Shown here: piece by piece, positions 53,758-62,556 of the stretch
Layout of the letters: the number at the start of each line of letters is the position of its first letter
Position numbering within the stretch: position 1 is the stretch's first letter
Assembly (NCBI GenBank): GCA_963812605.1
Contig: CAWEWF010000008.1
Location: 128,001-192,000 of the forward strand
Source: an uncultured Verrucomicrobiae bacterium
GTDB lineage: Bacteria > Verrucomicrobiota > Verrucomicrobiia > Palsa-1439
Length of the DNA: 64,000 nt
Direction: 5' to 3'
Program-made: the position numbers and the translations under genes
The notes under the pieces: generated by a model
Databases searched by the model: none
Told to the model about the DNA's origin: nothing
The model's input: only the letters and a program-made list of their open reading frames with translations

Positions 53758-54774
53758 ATGTCCCAATCCAATCCGGACCGGCCGCTCATCGAGCAACTCA
53801 TCCAGCAACACGGCGGCTCCGACAATGCCGACCTTGTGGAAGACATCATTGAAACCGCACTGCGGCTCGCCGACGACAAGGCGGACCGTCTCGATGTGAA
53901 AGTCATCACTTCGGCGCTGAAGGAACTGCGTTACGCTTCGAAGATTTTTGCGCCGTTCCGCGGCCAGCGCAAGGTCACTGTGTTCGGCTCGGCGCGCACC
54001 CTGCCCGAGACCGCGGAGTACCAGCAGGCGGTCGCCTTCGGCAAGGCGATTGTTGACCATGGTTTCATGGTGATCACGGGTGGCGGGGAAGGCATCATGG
54101 GCGCCGCCCAGCACGGTGCGGGCCGCGACAAGAGCTTTGGCCTGAACATCCGCCTGCCCTTCGAGCAGGAACCGAACATCGATATCGCGGGCGACCGCAA
54201 GTTGATCAACTTCAAGTATTTTTTCACCCGCAAACTCTGTTTCATCAAGGAGAGCGACGCCATTGTGCTCTTCCCCGGTGGTTTCGGCACGCATGACGAA
54301 GGCTTCGAGGCGCTGACGCTGATGCAGACGGGCAAGAGCCAGCCCAAGCCACTCGTATTCGTCGATCGCCCGCGCGGCAACTACTGGAAAACCTGGTGGC
54401 GGTTCGTCGAGGACCAGCTTCTGGACGAGGCGCTGATCAGCAAGGAGGACCTCTCCCTCTTCAAGGTGACCGACGATGTGGAAGATGCCTGCAAAGAAAT
54501 CATGAATTTCTATAGCAACTACCACTCGTGCCGTTACGTGAAGGACGCCTTGGTGTTGCGCGTGAAATATCCGGTCACGGAAAATCTCCTGCGCACGCTC
54601 AATGCGCGTTTTTCCGGCATCTGTGTCAACGGAGGACAGTTCCGCGCGTCGGACCCGCTACCGGAAGAGGACAACGAGCCGGAGTTGAAGGGTTTGCACC
54701 GCATCGTCTTCCCGTTCAACCGCACAAACTTCGGCAGGCTCCGGTCCTTGATCGACGTGGTAAACCATCACTGA
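53758..54774 (+). CDS. LOG family nucleotide phosphoribohydrolase (TIGR00730-like)
   Basis: VFGSAR, ITGGGEGIM, LPFEQ, YFFTRK, FPGGFGTHDE. Confidence 0.92.
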   Translation: MSQSNPDRPLIEQLIQQHGGSDNADLVEDIIETALRLADDKADRLDVKVITSALKELRYASKIFAPFRGQRKVTVFGSARTLPETAEYQQAVAFGKAIVDHGFMVITGGGEGIMGAAQHGAGRDKSFGLNIRLPFEQEPNIDIAGDRKLINFKYFFTRKLCFIKESDAIVLFPGGFGTHDEGFEALTLMQTGKSQPKPLVFVDRPRGNYWKTWWRFVEDQLLDEALISKEDLSLFKVTDDVEDACKEIMNFYSNYHSCRYVKDALVLRVKYPVTENLLRTLNARFSGICVNGGQFRASDPLPEEDNEPELKGLHRIVFPFNRTNFGRLRSLIDVVNHH

Positions 54775-54792
54775 TAGGGCGCGCTTCGCCGA

Positions 54793-55542
54793 TTACGTGC
54801 GCTCTTGCAGGCTCTTTTGATTGGGCGGGATCAATTCGCTCTTGTCACGCCGCGGCTTGCCGGAAACGAGCCAGCCATCGTGAATGCGACGGAGTTCGCG
54901 CGGTGGCACGCGTAAAATGAAGAGGGCGGTCACCCACCAGTTGACCAGCGTGGTTCGCACCACCCCATTCGCGTTCCAACGCCGCGCGCTGGCGACCAAT
55001 CCTGAACGAATGAAGGTGAGCCGTCCCGCGCGCCGCAGCCGCCGGGCAAAAGCGATGTCTTCCATGATGGCGATCTCAGGGAATCCGCCGAGAGCTTCGA
55101 AGACCTGGCGCCATACGAAAATCCCCTGGTCGCCGTACGGCAAATGCAGCCACCGCGATCGACGGCTCGCCACCCGTGCCAGGAATTTGCAGAGGCGACG
55201 GCGGGAATCGATGTGCAGGTCAAACGCTCCGCCTACCGCCCCGTCACCGATGATGCGTCGCTGGATTTCATCCAGGGCCCCCGGCAGCAAAAACGTGTCC
55301 GTGTGCAGGAACAGGAGAATGTCGCCGGTGGCGTGGCGCGCCCCGGTGTTCATTTGGTGGGCGCGTCCCGGTACTGTGCGAAAAACGTACGGCGTGAAAT
55401 GTTGCGCAATCTCGACGGTGCGATCCGTCGAGCCGCCATCGACAACAATCAACTCGATATCCGGATGGTCAGCGAGCTGGCGCAAAGTAACCGGGAGGTT
55501 TACTTCTTCGTTCAGAGTCGGAATGATGACGCTAATGACCAT
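54793..55542 (-). CDS. GT2 glycosyltransferase, TIGR04283-like
   Basis: ISVIIPTLNEE, VDGGSTD, GRAHQMNTGA, FLHTD, PYGDQG, GGFPEIAIMED, SARRW. Confidence 0.9.
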   Translation of the reverse strand: MVISVIIPTLNEEVNLPVTLRQLADHPDIELIVVDGGSTDRTVEIAQHFTPYVFRTVPGRAHQMNTGARHATGDILLFLHTDTFLLPGALDEIQRRIIGDGAVGGAFDLHIDSRRRLCKFLARVASRRSRWLHLPYGDQGIFVWRQVFEALGGFPEIAIMEDIAFARRLRRAGRLTFIRSGLVASARRWNANGVVRTTLVNWWVTALFILRVPPRELRRIHDGWLVSGKPRRDKSELIPPNQKSLQERT

Positions 55543-55683
55543 GACTCGCCTAATTGAGAATTTCTTTTAGCAGAGTTCGCCACAAAAATCCAATCCTAAA
55601 TCACTGCGGGCCTATGACCCGTGTATTCACTGGGTTTTGATGCCGAAGAGCCGCATTCTGATGCGCACAAAGTCGCCCCGAAA

Positions 55684-56379
55684 TCATCCGAGCGACGCGA
55701 GCACTTCACTGATACTGCCCCGAATACAGGTGAAAATCGGCGTGTCGCGCAGCGTGTACTTGCGCACCTCGTGTTCGCGCATTTCCATGACCAGATCGAT
55801 GAAATCCTGGGGCTTGTCCCCCTCGAACGCGACGACAAATTCCGGATCGTCGAGGCCAAAGCAGTAAATGGTATTGATCTTGATGCTCGGATACCGATGC
55901 CCGGTCTCGATGTGCACATTCATCATCCGCTGGCGTTCTTCCTTGGAAAGCAGGTACCACTCGCTGGTTTTCCAGAAGGGATAGATGAAGATGTACTTGT
56001 TTTGTCCCGGCACGACCCGCCCGCGCCGGCCCTCGCTGCCTTCATGTTCGTGGTGGTCAACATACATCGAGCGCTTGGTCATGCCCAGATAGCTGTAGGG
56101 CGTGTGGCACCATTTGCCGAGGCTGGTATTGAGCAGTTGCGTGCTCATCTCCGTGAAATCTTCCAGCCGCTCGCTGATGCGCCAGAGCATGAAATCCGTG
56201 TCCGCGCGCGTCCCGACGGTGGTGAACGGGATGATCAGGGCGCGACCTTTCCAGTCCTTCACCACGCCCTCGAATTCGCTCTTGCCGCCGTCGCGTTCCC
56301 CGCGCGGCAATCGCCGCCACGCGGGATCGGCCTTGAAGAACAGGTAGTTGACGTACTGCCGTTTGATCTCGTCGCCCAT
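55684..56379 (-). CDS. hemQ: Coproheme decarboxylase (HemQ/ChdC; chlorite dismutase fold)
   Basis: IYPFWK..WY.L..ERQRMM..H (catalytic Tyr and proximal His pattern), FGLDD.EF, DTPIF; lacks the distal Arg of true chlorite dismutases. Confidence 0.8.
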   Translation of the reverse strand: MGDEIKRQYVNYLFFKADPAWRRLPRGERDGGKSEFEGVVKDWKGRALIIPFTTVGTRADTDFMLWRISERLEDFTEMSTQLLNTSLGKWCHTPYSYLGMTKRSMYVDHHEHEGSEGRRGRVVPGQNKYIFIYPFWKTSEWYLLSKEERQRMMNVHIETGHRYPSIKINTIYCFGLDDPEFVVAFEGDKPQDFIDLVMEMREHEVRKYTLRDTPIFTCIRGSISEVLASLG

Positions 56380-56418
56380 GGTTGTCCAGAACACATTTAA
56401 TGCTATACTGGCCCCGCG

Positions 56419-56808
56419 ATGCAACGGAAAACAGGTGTCCTCATTTTCACCCACGGCTCGCGGCTCAAGGAAGGCAACGAGATCATGGTCAAACTCGTCG
56501 ATCAGGTCCGCCAACAACTCGGCTACGACCTCATCGAGCCGTGTTTCATGGAACTCGGCAAACCACCCATCCCTGTCGCTATCCGCAAGCTCATCCGCCG
56601 CGGCGCCAACCACATTTTCGGTTACGCCTTCTTCCTCGTGCCCGGCTCGCACCTGCGCGAAGACATCCCGTTCATCTTCGAGCAAACGTTGAAGAAATTC
56701 CCCGGCGTCACCTACGAGATCAGCCCGCCCATGATGTCCGACCCCACCATGATCGACTTCGTCGCCAAACATGTGAAGAGCGCGCTGGGCGAATCACGCA
56801 GTAACTAA
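56419..56808 (+). CDS. cbiX: Single-domain CbiX/SirB tetrapyrrole chelatase
   Basis: THGSR, CFMEL..P, FFLVPGSHLREDIP. Confidence 0.85.
   Translation: MQRKTGVLIFTHGSRLKEGNEIMVKLVDQVRQQLGYDLIEPCFMELGKPPIPVAIRKLIRRGANHIFGYAFFLVPGSHLREDIPFIFEQTLKKFPGVTYEISPPMMSDPTMIDFVAKHVKSALGESRSN
56723..56808 (+). repeat. Direct repeat copy 1 (86 bp; 3' end of cbiX including stop)
   Basis: Aligns without gaps to 57346..57431 with 11 mismatches by manual count. Confidence 0.9.
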
Positions 56809-56987
56809 AGGCCGACTGGAGGGCCACGCGGAGCCTGTCCTGAGCAACGCCGAAGGATCGTGGCCGCGTCATTCTCATGATGCCACCAAGCATCGGAAGT
56901 TGGACGAATGCTGCTATCTGTGCCGAATCAAGCATTGACCCCTTCATGAGGGCAAATTCCACTGCGAACGAGCCGGGCGACGGCATG

Positions 56988-57269
56988 TCAGGACCGGCGC
57001 GGCATCAGCGTCTTCCGCAGGCTGGCAAATAAAGCTTCCCGGGAAACAGTCCGCTTCGCCCGCACGCCTTCTTCGCCTTGTGAGATGAGTTTCAGCAGTC
57101 CAATGGCGTGCCGCATCTGCTCGTAGCTTTCCGGGTCTTGGAGCACCGCCCGCGCCTTGCCATTTTGCGTGATGATCACCGGGCGGTGTGTGGCGTTGAT
57201 TTGCGCCAACAAATCCGCCGCGCTGCCTTTCAGATAGGTCATTGGACGAATGTCTTCTTTAGCCTTCAA
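56988..57269 (-). CDS. Phd/YefM family antitoxin (orphan)
   Basis: DIRPMTYLK..AADLL..PVIITQNGKARAVLQD.ESYE; probable TTG start at 57269. Confidence 0.88.
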   Translation of the reverse strand: MKAKEDIRPMTYLKGSAADLLAQINATHRPVIITQNGKARAVLQDPESYEQMRHAIGLLKLISQGEEGVRAKRTVSREALFASLRKTLMPRRS

Positions 57270-57284
57270 AGTCGCGGTTCCTTG

Positions 57285-57314
57285 CGGTCTGAATACAGTA
57301 CTGAATTCAGACCG
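57285..57314. promoter_or_regulatory. 30-bp palindrome CGGTCTGAATACAGTACTGAATTCAGACCG; putative antitoxin autoregulatory operator
   Basis: Near-perfect inverted repeat (one mismatched pair) about 15 bp upstream of the Phd/YefM start. Confidence 0.7.
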
Positions 57315-57345
57315 ATATGCCAACTGGCGTGTTAACGGTTTCTTG

Positions 57346-57431
57346 GCCCGCCCATGATGTGCGACCCCACCACGATCGACTTCGTCGCCAAACATGTCGA
57401 CAGCGCGTTGGGCGAGACACGCCGCAATTAA
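57346..57431 (+). repeat. Direct repeat copy 2 (displaced cbiX 3' end)
   Basis: Encodes PPMMCDPTTIDFVAKHVDSALGETRRN*, compared with PPMMSDPTMIDFVAKHVKSALGESRSN* in cbiX. Confidence 0.9.
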
Positions 57432-57437
57432 TCCGTC

Positions 57438-58662
57438 TTACTGCGTCCCAAGCCGGTTGAGTATGTCTCGCACACGATCGACCTCATCTGTACGACCGGC
57501 TGCTGAGAAGCCTGCAAGAGCCTCTCGATACACGGCGACTGCTTCGGCTCGCCTTTGTGGTTGATTCGTGAGTAGTTGCCCAAGATTATCCAAACAGAAT
57601 GGTTTTTCCTCCGCGGACGCAAGAACTAAAGACTTCTTGATTAGCTCTTCTGCTTCCTTCCAGTGGTTGGAATCGGCAGTCAGCATGGCTCCCAAAGAGT
57701 TATATGCCAACGCGTTGTTTGGTGTAAGACGTATGACTTCTCGGCAAGCTTCTTCTGCGTCGAGCAAATTACCTTCGTTGAACTGGTGTCTACCCTTGCC
57801 TTCTATCAAGAATTGCGCAAGTAGCTTTGAAGCCATCGGATCGGAAGGAGAGAGGCGAACCGCCTCTCGAAACTCTTTCTCGGCCTCGGTCAGTTTTCCC
57901 TGTAACCAGTAGAGCGAGCCCAAATTGCTGTGAATATCATGGAAGCCCGGGTTTATACGGAGAGCCTCTTGAAAACTCCTTTTCTGCTTCTCCCAGGCGA
58001 TCCATCTTCATCAAGAACAAACCGAGGGCGTTATGGGTTTTGGCTCTCTGGGGTTGAAGTCGCACCGCTACTCGATATTCTGCCTCTGCCTCTTTGAGCT
58101 TTCCCCGTTGAAACAGGATTTCAGCTAAAGTGGTATGGGGCATTGCCAGACCGGGGTCGAGCCGCATGGCTTCGCGAAGATGCACTTCAGATTCGTCCAA
58201 ACGACCCAATGCGAGAAGTGAGGCGGCGAAATCGTTTTGCAACTGGGCGATTGATGGATCCAAATCGACAGCTTTCCGCATCCACGGTTCGGCCTCCGCG
58301 GGACGCCCAAGAAAAAACAACGCCGCTCCTAATCCGCCTGCGGCATACGCAGATTTTGGCGCCAGCGCAACTGCCTTGCGGTACGCTCGCTCCTGCTCGT
58401 CGTACCGCCCAAGCACTTCCAACGCGGCGCCGAGATGCTCCCAGCTCCATGAGTCGTTCGGGGCCAATACGAGGCTGAGTCGTGCCATCCGCTCGGTGTT
58501 GGCCCAATCGCCCGCCTGTTCGTACGCGTAAGCCCTTAGACGGAAGCGGTAAGCGAGCCACTTCCGACCAGGTCCAAATGCTGCATACATCAACGCGAAG
58601 CAGGCAATTGCCGCGAGACTTATACAGGCGACACGCCTGCCCCTGTTTGTTCCTGTTTGCAT
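57438..58662 (-). CDS. Membrane-anchored TPR repeat protein (frameshift near 57955)
   Basis: N-terminal TM; multiple TPRs (LG..L...GR..EA...R.A..L.P) in ORFs 57937..58662 and 57438..57923. Confidence 0.8.
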
Positions 58663-58904
58663 GGAACGACACGGGGTCTGGTGTATTCTTTGACCATAGT
58701 CACGTCCTCGCCGCTTGGCAACGGGGGAAGTGACGATGCTTCACTCAACAACAGGGAAGGGAGACTTTTTTGGACTGTTGACTCGGAGGCGGAGATAATT
58801 TGTCTTTGAGGCGTTGGAATGCTTGTTTTTCTCTTTCGTTCTAGCCGCAAAGCAGTATTTTGCAAGCGTGGTGTGAGTCTTTGTGAAAGCAAGTTGGTAG
58901 CCAT

Positions 58905-60137
58905 ATGAAGAAAAAAGTTGTTCTCGGATTCTCCGGGGGGTTGGACACCACATTTTGTGTCCTGGGGCTTCGCGACAATGGGTTTGAACCGGTCTGTGTC
59001 TGTCTGGATATCGGCCAAAGCGCCGATCTCGCCGAAGTGAACCGTTCTGCCAAGCTGCTGGGTGTAACCAATGTCAAAGTAATTGATGGCAAAGACAATT
59101 TCGCCAACATGTTCATCGCACCCGCTCTTAAAGCGAACGCCCTCTACCAAGGTGTCTATCCCCTAGCGACCGCGCTGAGCCGGCCTTACATAGCCAAAAT
59201 ACTCGTCGATGCTGCCCGAGAGGAGGGAACCAATTACATCGCCCATGGATCTACTGGCAAAGGAAATGACCAGGTCCGCATTGAAATGGGGGTTCGTGCC
59301 TTGCTTCCGAATGCTGAAATCGTTGACCCGATCCGGGACAACAGTTTGAGCCGGGATTACGAAATTGATTTCCTCCTGAAACAAGGGATCGATCTGGGTT
59401 ACACGCGGAAAAAACCCTACAGTGTCGATCAGAATATTTGGGGTAGAAGCATCTGTGCCGGCATTCTTGAAGATCTCCACGTTGCTCCGCCGGAAACGGT
59501 TTTTGAATGGACGAAATCGCCGGAAAACTGTCCCAATGAGCCGAGGACCGTTGAAATTGAATTTGACGGCGGGTTACCGGTTGCTCTGGATGGCGTACGG
59601 ACTTCGTTTATTGATCTCATTACTCAGTTGAACAAAATCGGCGGCGAACATGGCATTGGCCGTATCGACCATATTGAAGACCGCCTGGTAGGGCTCAAAT
59701 CGCGCGAGTTGTACGAAGCACCCGCCGCAATTATTTTGATCAAAGCGCACAAACTACTGGAGTCGCTCACATTGGCGAAATCTTCGCTCGATTTCAAACA
59801 AACCGTTGATGAGGAATACGCCCGGATGATTTACCTGGGCAACTGGTTCTCCCTGCATCACCTAGACCTTCTTGCGTACCTGCAGCAAAATCAGTCCATG
59901 GTGAGCGGAACGATCCAACTCAAATTGTACAAGGGGAATTGCACGGTAATAAGCCGGGAATCCACTAACTCTTTGTACAAGCCAAACCTGATCACTTACG
60001 GCGAAAAGAGCGAGTTTGATCAAAGGAATGGCGCTGCATTTTCCCGTATGCTCGGGATGGAAAGCTTTGTGCAAGCTTCCGTCCAGATTTCCAATATCGG
60101 GAACAAGATTGAACGGCTAATCGGCCCTGCGCCATAG
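58905..60137 (+). CDS. argG: Argininosuccinate synthase
   Basis: FSGGLDT, YPLATALSRP, HGSTGKGNDQVR, YSVDQNIWGRS, EDRLVGLKSRELYEAP. Confidence 0.92.
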   Translation: MKKKVVLGFSGGLDTTFCVLGLRDNGFEPVCVCLDIGQSADLAEVNRSAKLLGVTNVKVIDGKDNFANMFIAPALKANALYQGVYPLATALSRPYIAKILVDAAREEGTNYIAHGSTGKGNDQVRIEMGVRALLPNAEIVDPIRDNSLSRDYEIDFLLKQGIDLGYTRKKPYSVDQNIWGRSICAGILEDLHVAPPETVFEWTKSPENCPNEPRTVEIEFDGGLPVALDGVRTSFIDLITQLNKIGGEHGIGRIDHIEDRLVGLKSRELYEAPAAIILIKAHKLLESLTLAKSSLDFKQTVDEEYARMIYLGNWFSLHHLDLLAYLQQNQSMVSGTIQLKLYKGNCTVISRESTNSLYKPNLITYGEKSEFDQRNGAAFSRMLGMESFVQASVQISNIGNKIERLIGPAP

Positions 60138-60243
60138 GAATCCGTAACACCTCGCGGCTATGGTTCCAGCCCGAATTCTCTTGAAGTCACGCGGGGTTCT
60201 GTTTACTTTGCCCGTGCGAGTTCTTTGAGTCGTTTATGTCTCA

Positions 60244-60404
60244 ACACGTCGGCGCAGGGAATGCCGTGAGATTCGGCAACAGTGGCGCTGCTGTAACTGG
60301 TTACGAAAGCCCAACCTCGAAAATATTCGGGGTGGACAGCCATCCAAACGGAGAAGGCGGGCGAGTAGGTCTGAGGCCAGAAGTCAGAATAACGGCCAAC
60401 GTGG
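60244..60404 (+). ncRNA. Cobalamin (B12) riboswitch
   Basis: AGGGAA-TGCCGTGAGATTCGGCA (T-loop hairpin), ACAG..CGCTGCTGTAA, GCCA..GGAGAAGGC, B12 box AGAAGTCAGAATAAC; P1 ACGTCGGC/GCCAACGT closes the element; SD AAAGGAG follows. Confidence 0.85.
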
Positions 60405-60439
60405 CATCCAACAATCCTTCGAACCAAAGGAGTAGTGTC

Positions 60440-61441
60440 ATGTATCACCGCAGATTATTCGTCGCCGCCATTACCGGGGCCATCGCCACGGTGTCTTTCG
60501 TTTCTCAAACCTTCGCCGACTGGACGCAGTTTTCTCTGCCCAATCTCACCGACGCATTTTCCCCAACCGCAATCACTGTTTTGCCGGATGGGCAATACGT
60601 GTTCGCCAACGAGGGCACCTACTACCAACAGAACGCGTTTGGTCTTCCCAGTTATACCGCCTACAATAATGTCTCGCCGGGAGACAGTGCGGATCCCTCT
60701 TTCCTCGCTGTTTGGGACGGGACGCATGCCGTGGCCGGCGGCGGCGGGTTTGGAGCCAGTGATCTTTATCAGTTCAATCCGGCATCCTTGAGCGCGCCGA
60801 GTTTTACCGCGCAGGGTCTGTCCCTGCAGAACTTCTCGGGTGTCTTTCGCGATGCGAACAGCCTGTATGTCGGAGGCGGCAATGGCACGAACTCCACCCA
60901 CGCCATCAGCTACGTCAATCTCGCGACGGATACCACCAAGGTAATCATTGATGACATATCAACCTACAGTTGCGCCTTCGCGCAAGATTCTGCCGGCGAT
61001 CTTTACGTCGGTGATGAGGACAATCAGAAAGTTTATAAGTTTACGGCCGCCCAGTTGAACCTGGCGATTTCCGGCTCGCCGTTGTCCATTACCAACGGCA
61101 CCTTCGTCTATCAATCCATCAACTCGTTGGGCTCCATGGCCATTGATGGTCAGGGACGGATTTGGACGAGTGGTTACTTGGCGAACGGTCTGCAGGTATT
61201 CGACCCGGTATCCGACACGGAAACCACGGTGGTCCCCGGTTTGACGAATGCCAACTACATGGTCACCACGTTTTCCGTGAGTGGCCAAAATTATGTCGGT
61301 TACACAGACGAGGCCAATCCCTTCGAAGGGGGGACAGCCCAGTATTACGGATTTGAAGCCGTACCCGAGCCGGGGGCATTTGGCCTCACCGCCGCCGGCG
61401 TGATAGCGCTGGCGGTGTGTCGCCGCAAACAACGTCGTTGA
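60440..61441 (+). CDS. PEP-CTERM sorted surface protein (probable beta-propeller)
   Basis: SD and ATG at 60440; signal peptide; C-terminal AVPEPG + hydrophobic helix + RRKQRR. Confidence 0.9.
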   Translation: MYHRRLFVAAITGAIATVSFVSQTFADWTQFSLPNLTDAFSPTAITVLPDGQYVFANEGTYYQQNAFGLPSYTAYNNVSPGDSADPSFLAVWDGTHAVAGGGGFGASDLYQFNPASLSAPSFTAQGLSLQNFSGVFRDANSLYVGGGNGTNSTHAISYVNLATDTTKVIIDDISTYSCAFAQDSAGDLYVGDEDNQKVYKFTAAQLNLAISGSPLSITNGTFVYQSINSLGSMAIDGQGRIWTSGYLANGLQVFDPVSDTETTVVPGLTNANYMVTTFSVSGQNYVGYTDEANPFEGGTAQYYGFEAVPEPGAFGLTAAGVIALAVCRRKQRR

Positions 61442-62556
61442 ACTTAAAAAAACAGTTGGCATTCACCATGGCGGCGGCGCTGATTGCGGTCAGCGCCGCC
61501 GCCGGGCCATTTCCCGACTATAACCAGGGGATTCTGTCCAACGACGCGCGCATTGTCGGCTGGGCCACCGGCTGGCAGGATTTCATCCAACCCGATCCGG
61601 CCAGTGGCGGGTTCGCCCACAATAACAGCAACCAAATCGACTCGATTGACCAGGCCATCCTGGGCGCGCCGACCGACTTCACGCTGAATGGCACCACGAA
61701 GCATGTATTGTCTCTAGGTCACGGCGCTTCCATTACGCTGACGTTTGGTCGCGCCGTACCCCGGCAGGGCAACTGGAGTTTTGCCGTGTTTAACAATGCG
61801 TTTCTGTCTACAGCCCCCGGTCTTGATGGCCGCGGGGGGGGTACCAATTACGTATATAACGGGCTCGGCACCAATCTGGTCTCCGTCGCCCGCGGCGATA
61901 ACTTCGTATGGTGCAAGCCGGCATTTGTGGACGTTTCTTCGGATGCGACCAATTGGGCGCGTTTCCCCGTGACCTATTGGAACACAGACGTTCTGTTTCA
62001 GGCATCTGTACCCGATACGCCCGATCACTGGCTCAGTCAGGATGTGACCATGATCGACGGTCTGGCCGGAAAAGTTATCTTGCAGTACGGAACACCCTTT
62101 TCGTTGTCCACGCTGACCAATTCTTCCCCGGTGATCAGCGGCTCCGTTAACCTGGACAATATTCGTTACATCCGCCTGACCGACGTGATTGGGGACGGCA
62201 GCACCACGGACCAGTATGGGAACGTAATCCGCTCGCCATATTATGATGGCACGCAATTACCCGCACTCGTTGCCGCACCCGATTCGAGCACGGATGGCTT
62301 TTGCTTGCGAGGCGTGGCCATTCTCGAAACTCCCGCGCCGACGATCAGCGGAACAGCGATGTCGCAAACCGGTTTCCTGATCAACGTCAGTGGACTATTC
62401 AGCGGCCAGACTTATTGCGTGCAGACTACCACCAATTTGGCGGTCGCCTCCTGGACGAATGAAACAAACTTCGCGGCCAGTGGCAATTCCGCCACCTTGA
62501 CCAACGACCCTGGGAACACCCCAAAGAAGTTTTACCGAATTGGGCAAATGCCGTGA
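61438..62556 (+). CDS. Secreted cell-surface protein, possibly B12-binding, with verrucomicrobial-type C-terminal domain
   Basis: TTGA overlap; signal peptide; [55 protein letters not shown]; C-terminus [14 protein letters not shown]. Confidence 0.7.
   Translation: MNLKKQLAFTMAAALIAVSAAAGPFPDYNQGILSNDARIVGWATGWQDFIQPDPASGGFAHNNSNQIDSIDQAILGAPTDFTLNGTTKHVLSLGHGASITLTFGRAVPRQGNWSFAVFNNAFLSTAPGLDGRGGGTNYVYNGLGTNLVSVARGDNFVWCKPAFVDVSSDATNWARFPVTYWNTDVLFQASVPDTPDHWLSQDVTMIDGLAGKVILQYGTPFSLSTLTNSSPVISGSVNLDNIRYIRLTDVIGDGSTTDQYGNVIRSPYYDGTQLPALVAAPDSSTDGFCLRGVAILETPAPTISGTAMSQTGFLINVSGLFSGQTYCVQTTTNLAVASWTNETNFAASGNSATLTNDPGNTPKKFYRIGQMP

Noticed and set aside
54793-55542. Arsenosugar biosynthesis cluster
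   Set aside because: Only the widespread GT2 is present; no arsM, radical SAM ArsS or partner genes are adjacent.
55684-56379. Chlorite dismutase / perchlorate respiration
   Set aside because: No signal peptide or distal Arg, a ChdC-type YP.xK motif is present, and no pcr/clr genes are nearby.
60440-60520. Tat signal (HRRLFV) on the PEP-CTERM protein, and TRR on the barrel at 29354
   Set aside because: Twin Arg may simply be the basic n-region of Sec signals; not decidable without a predictor.
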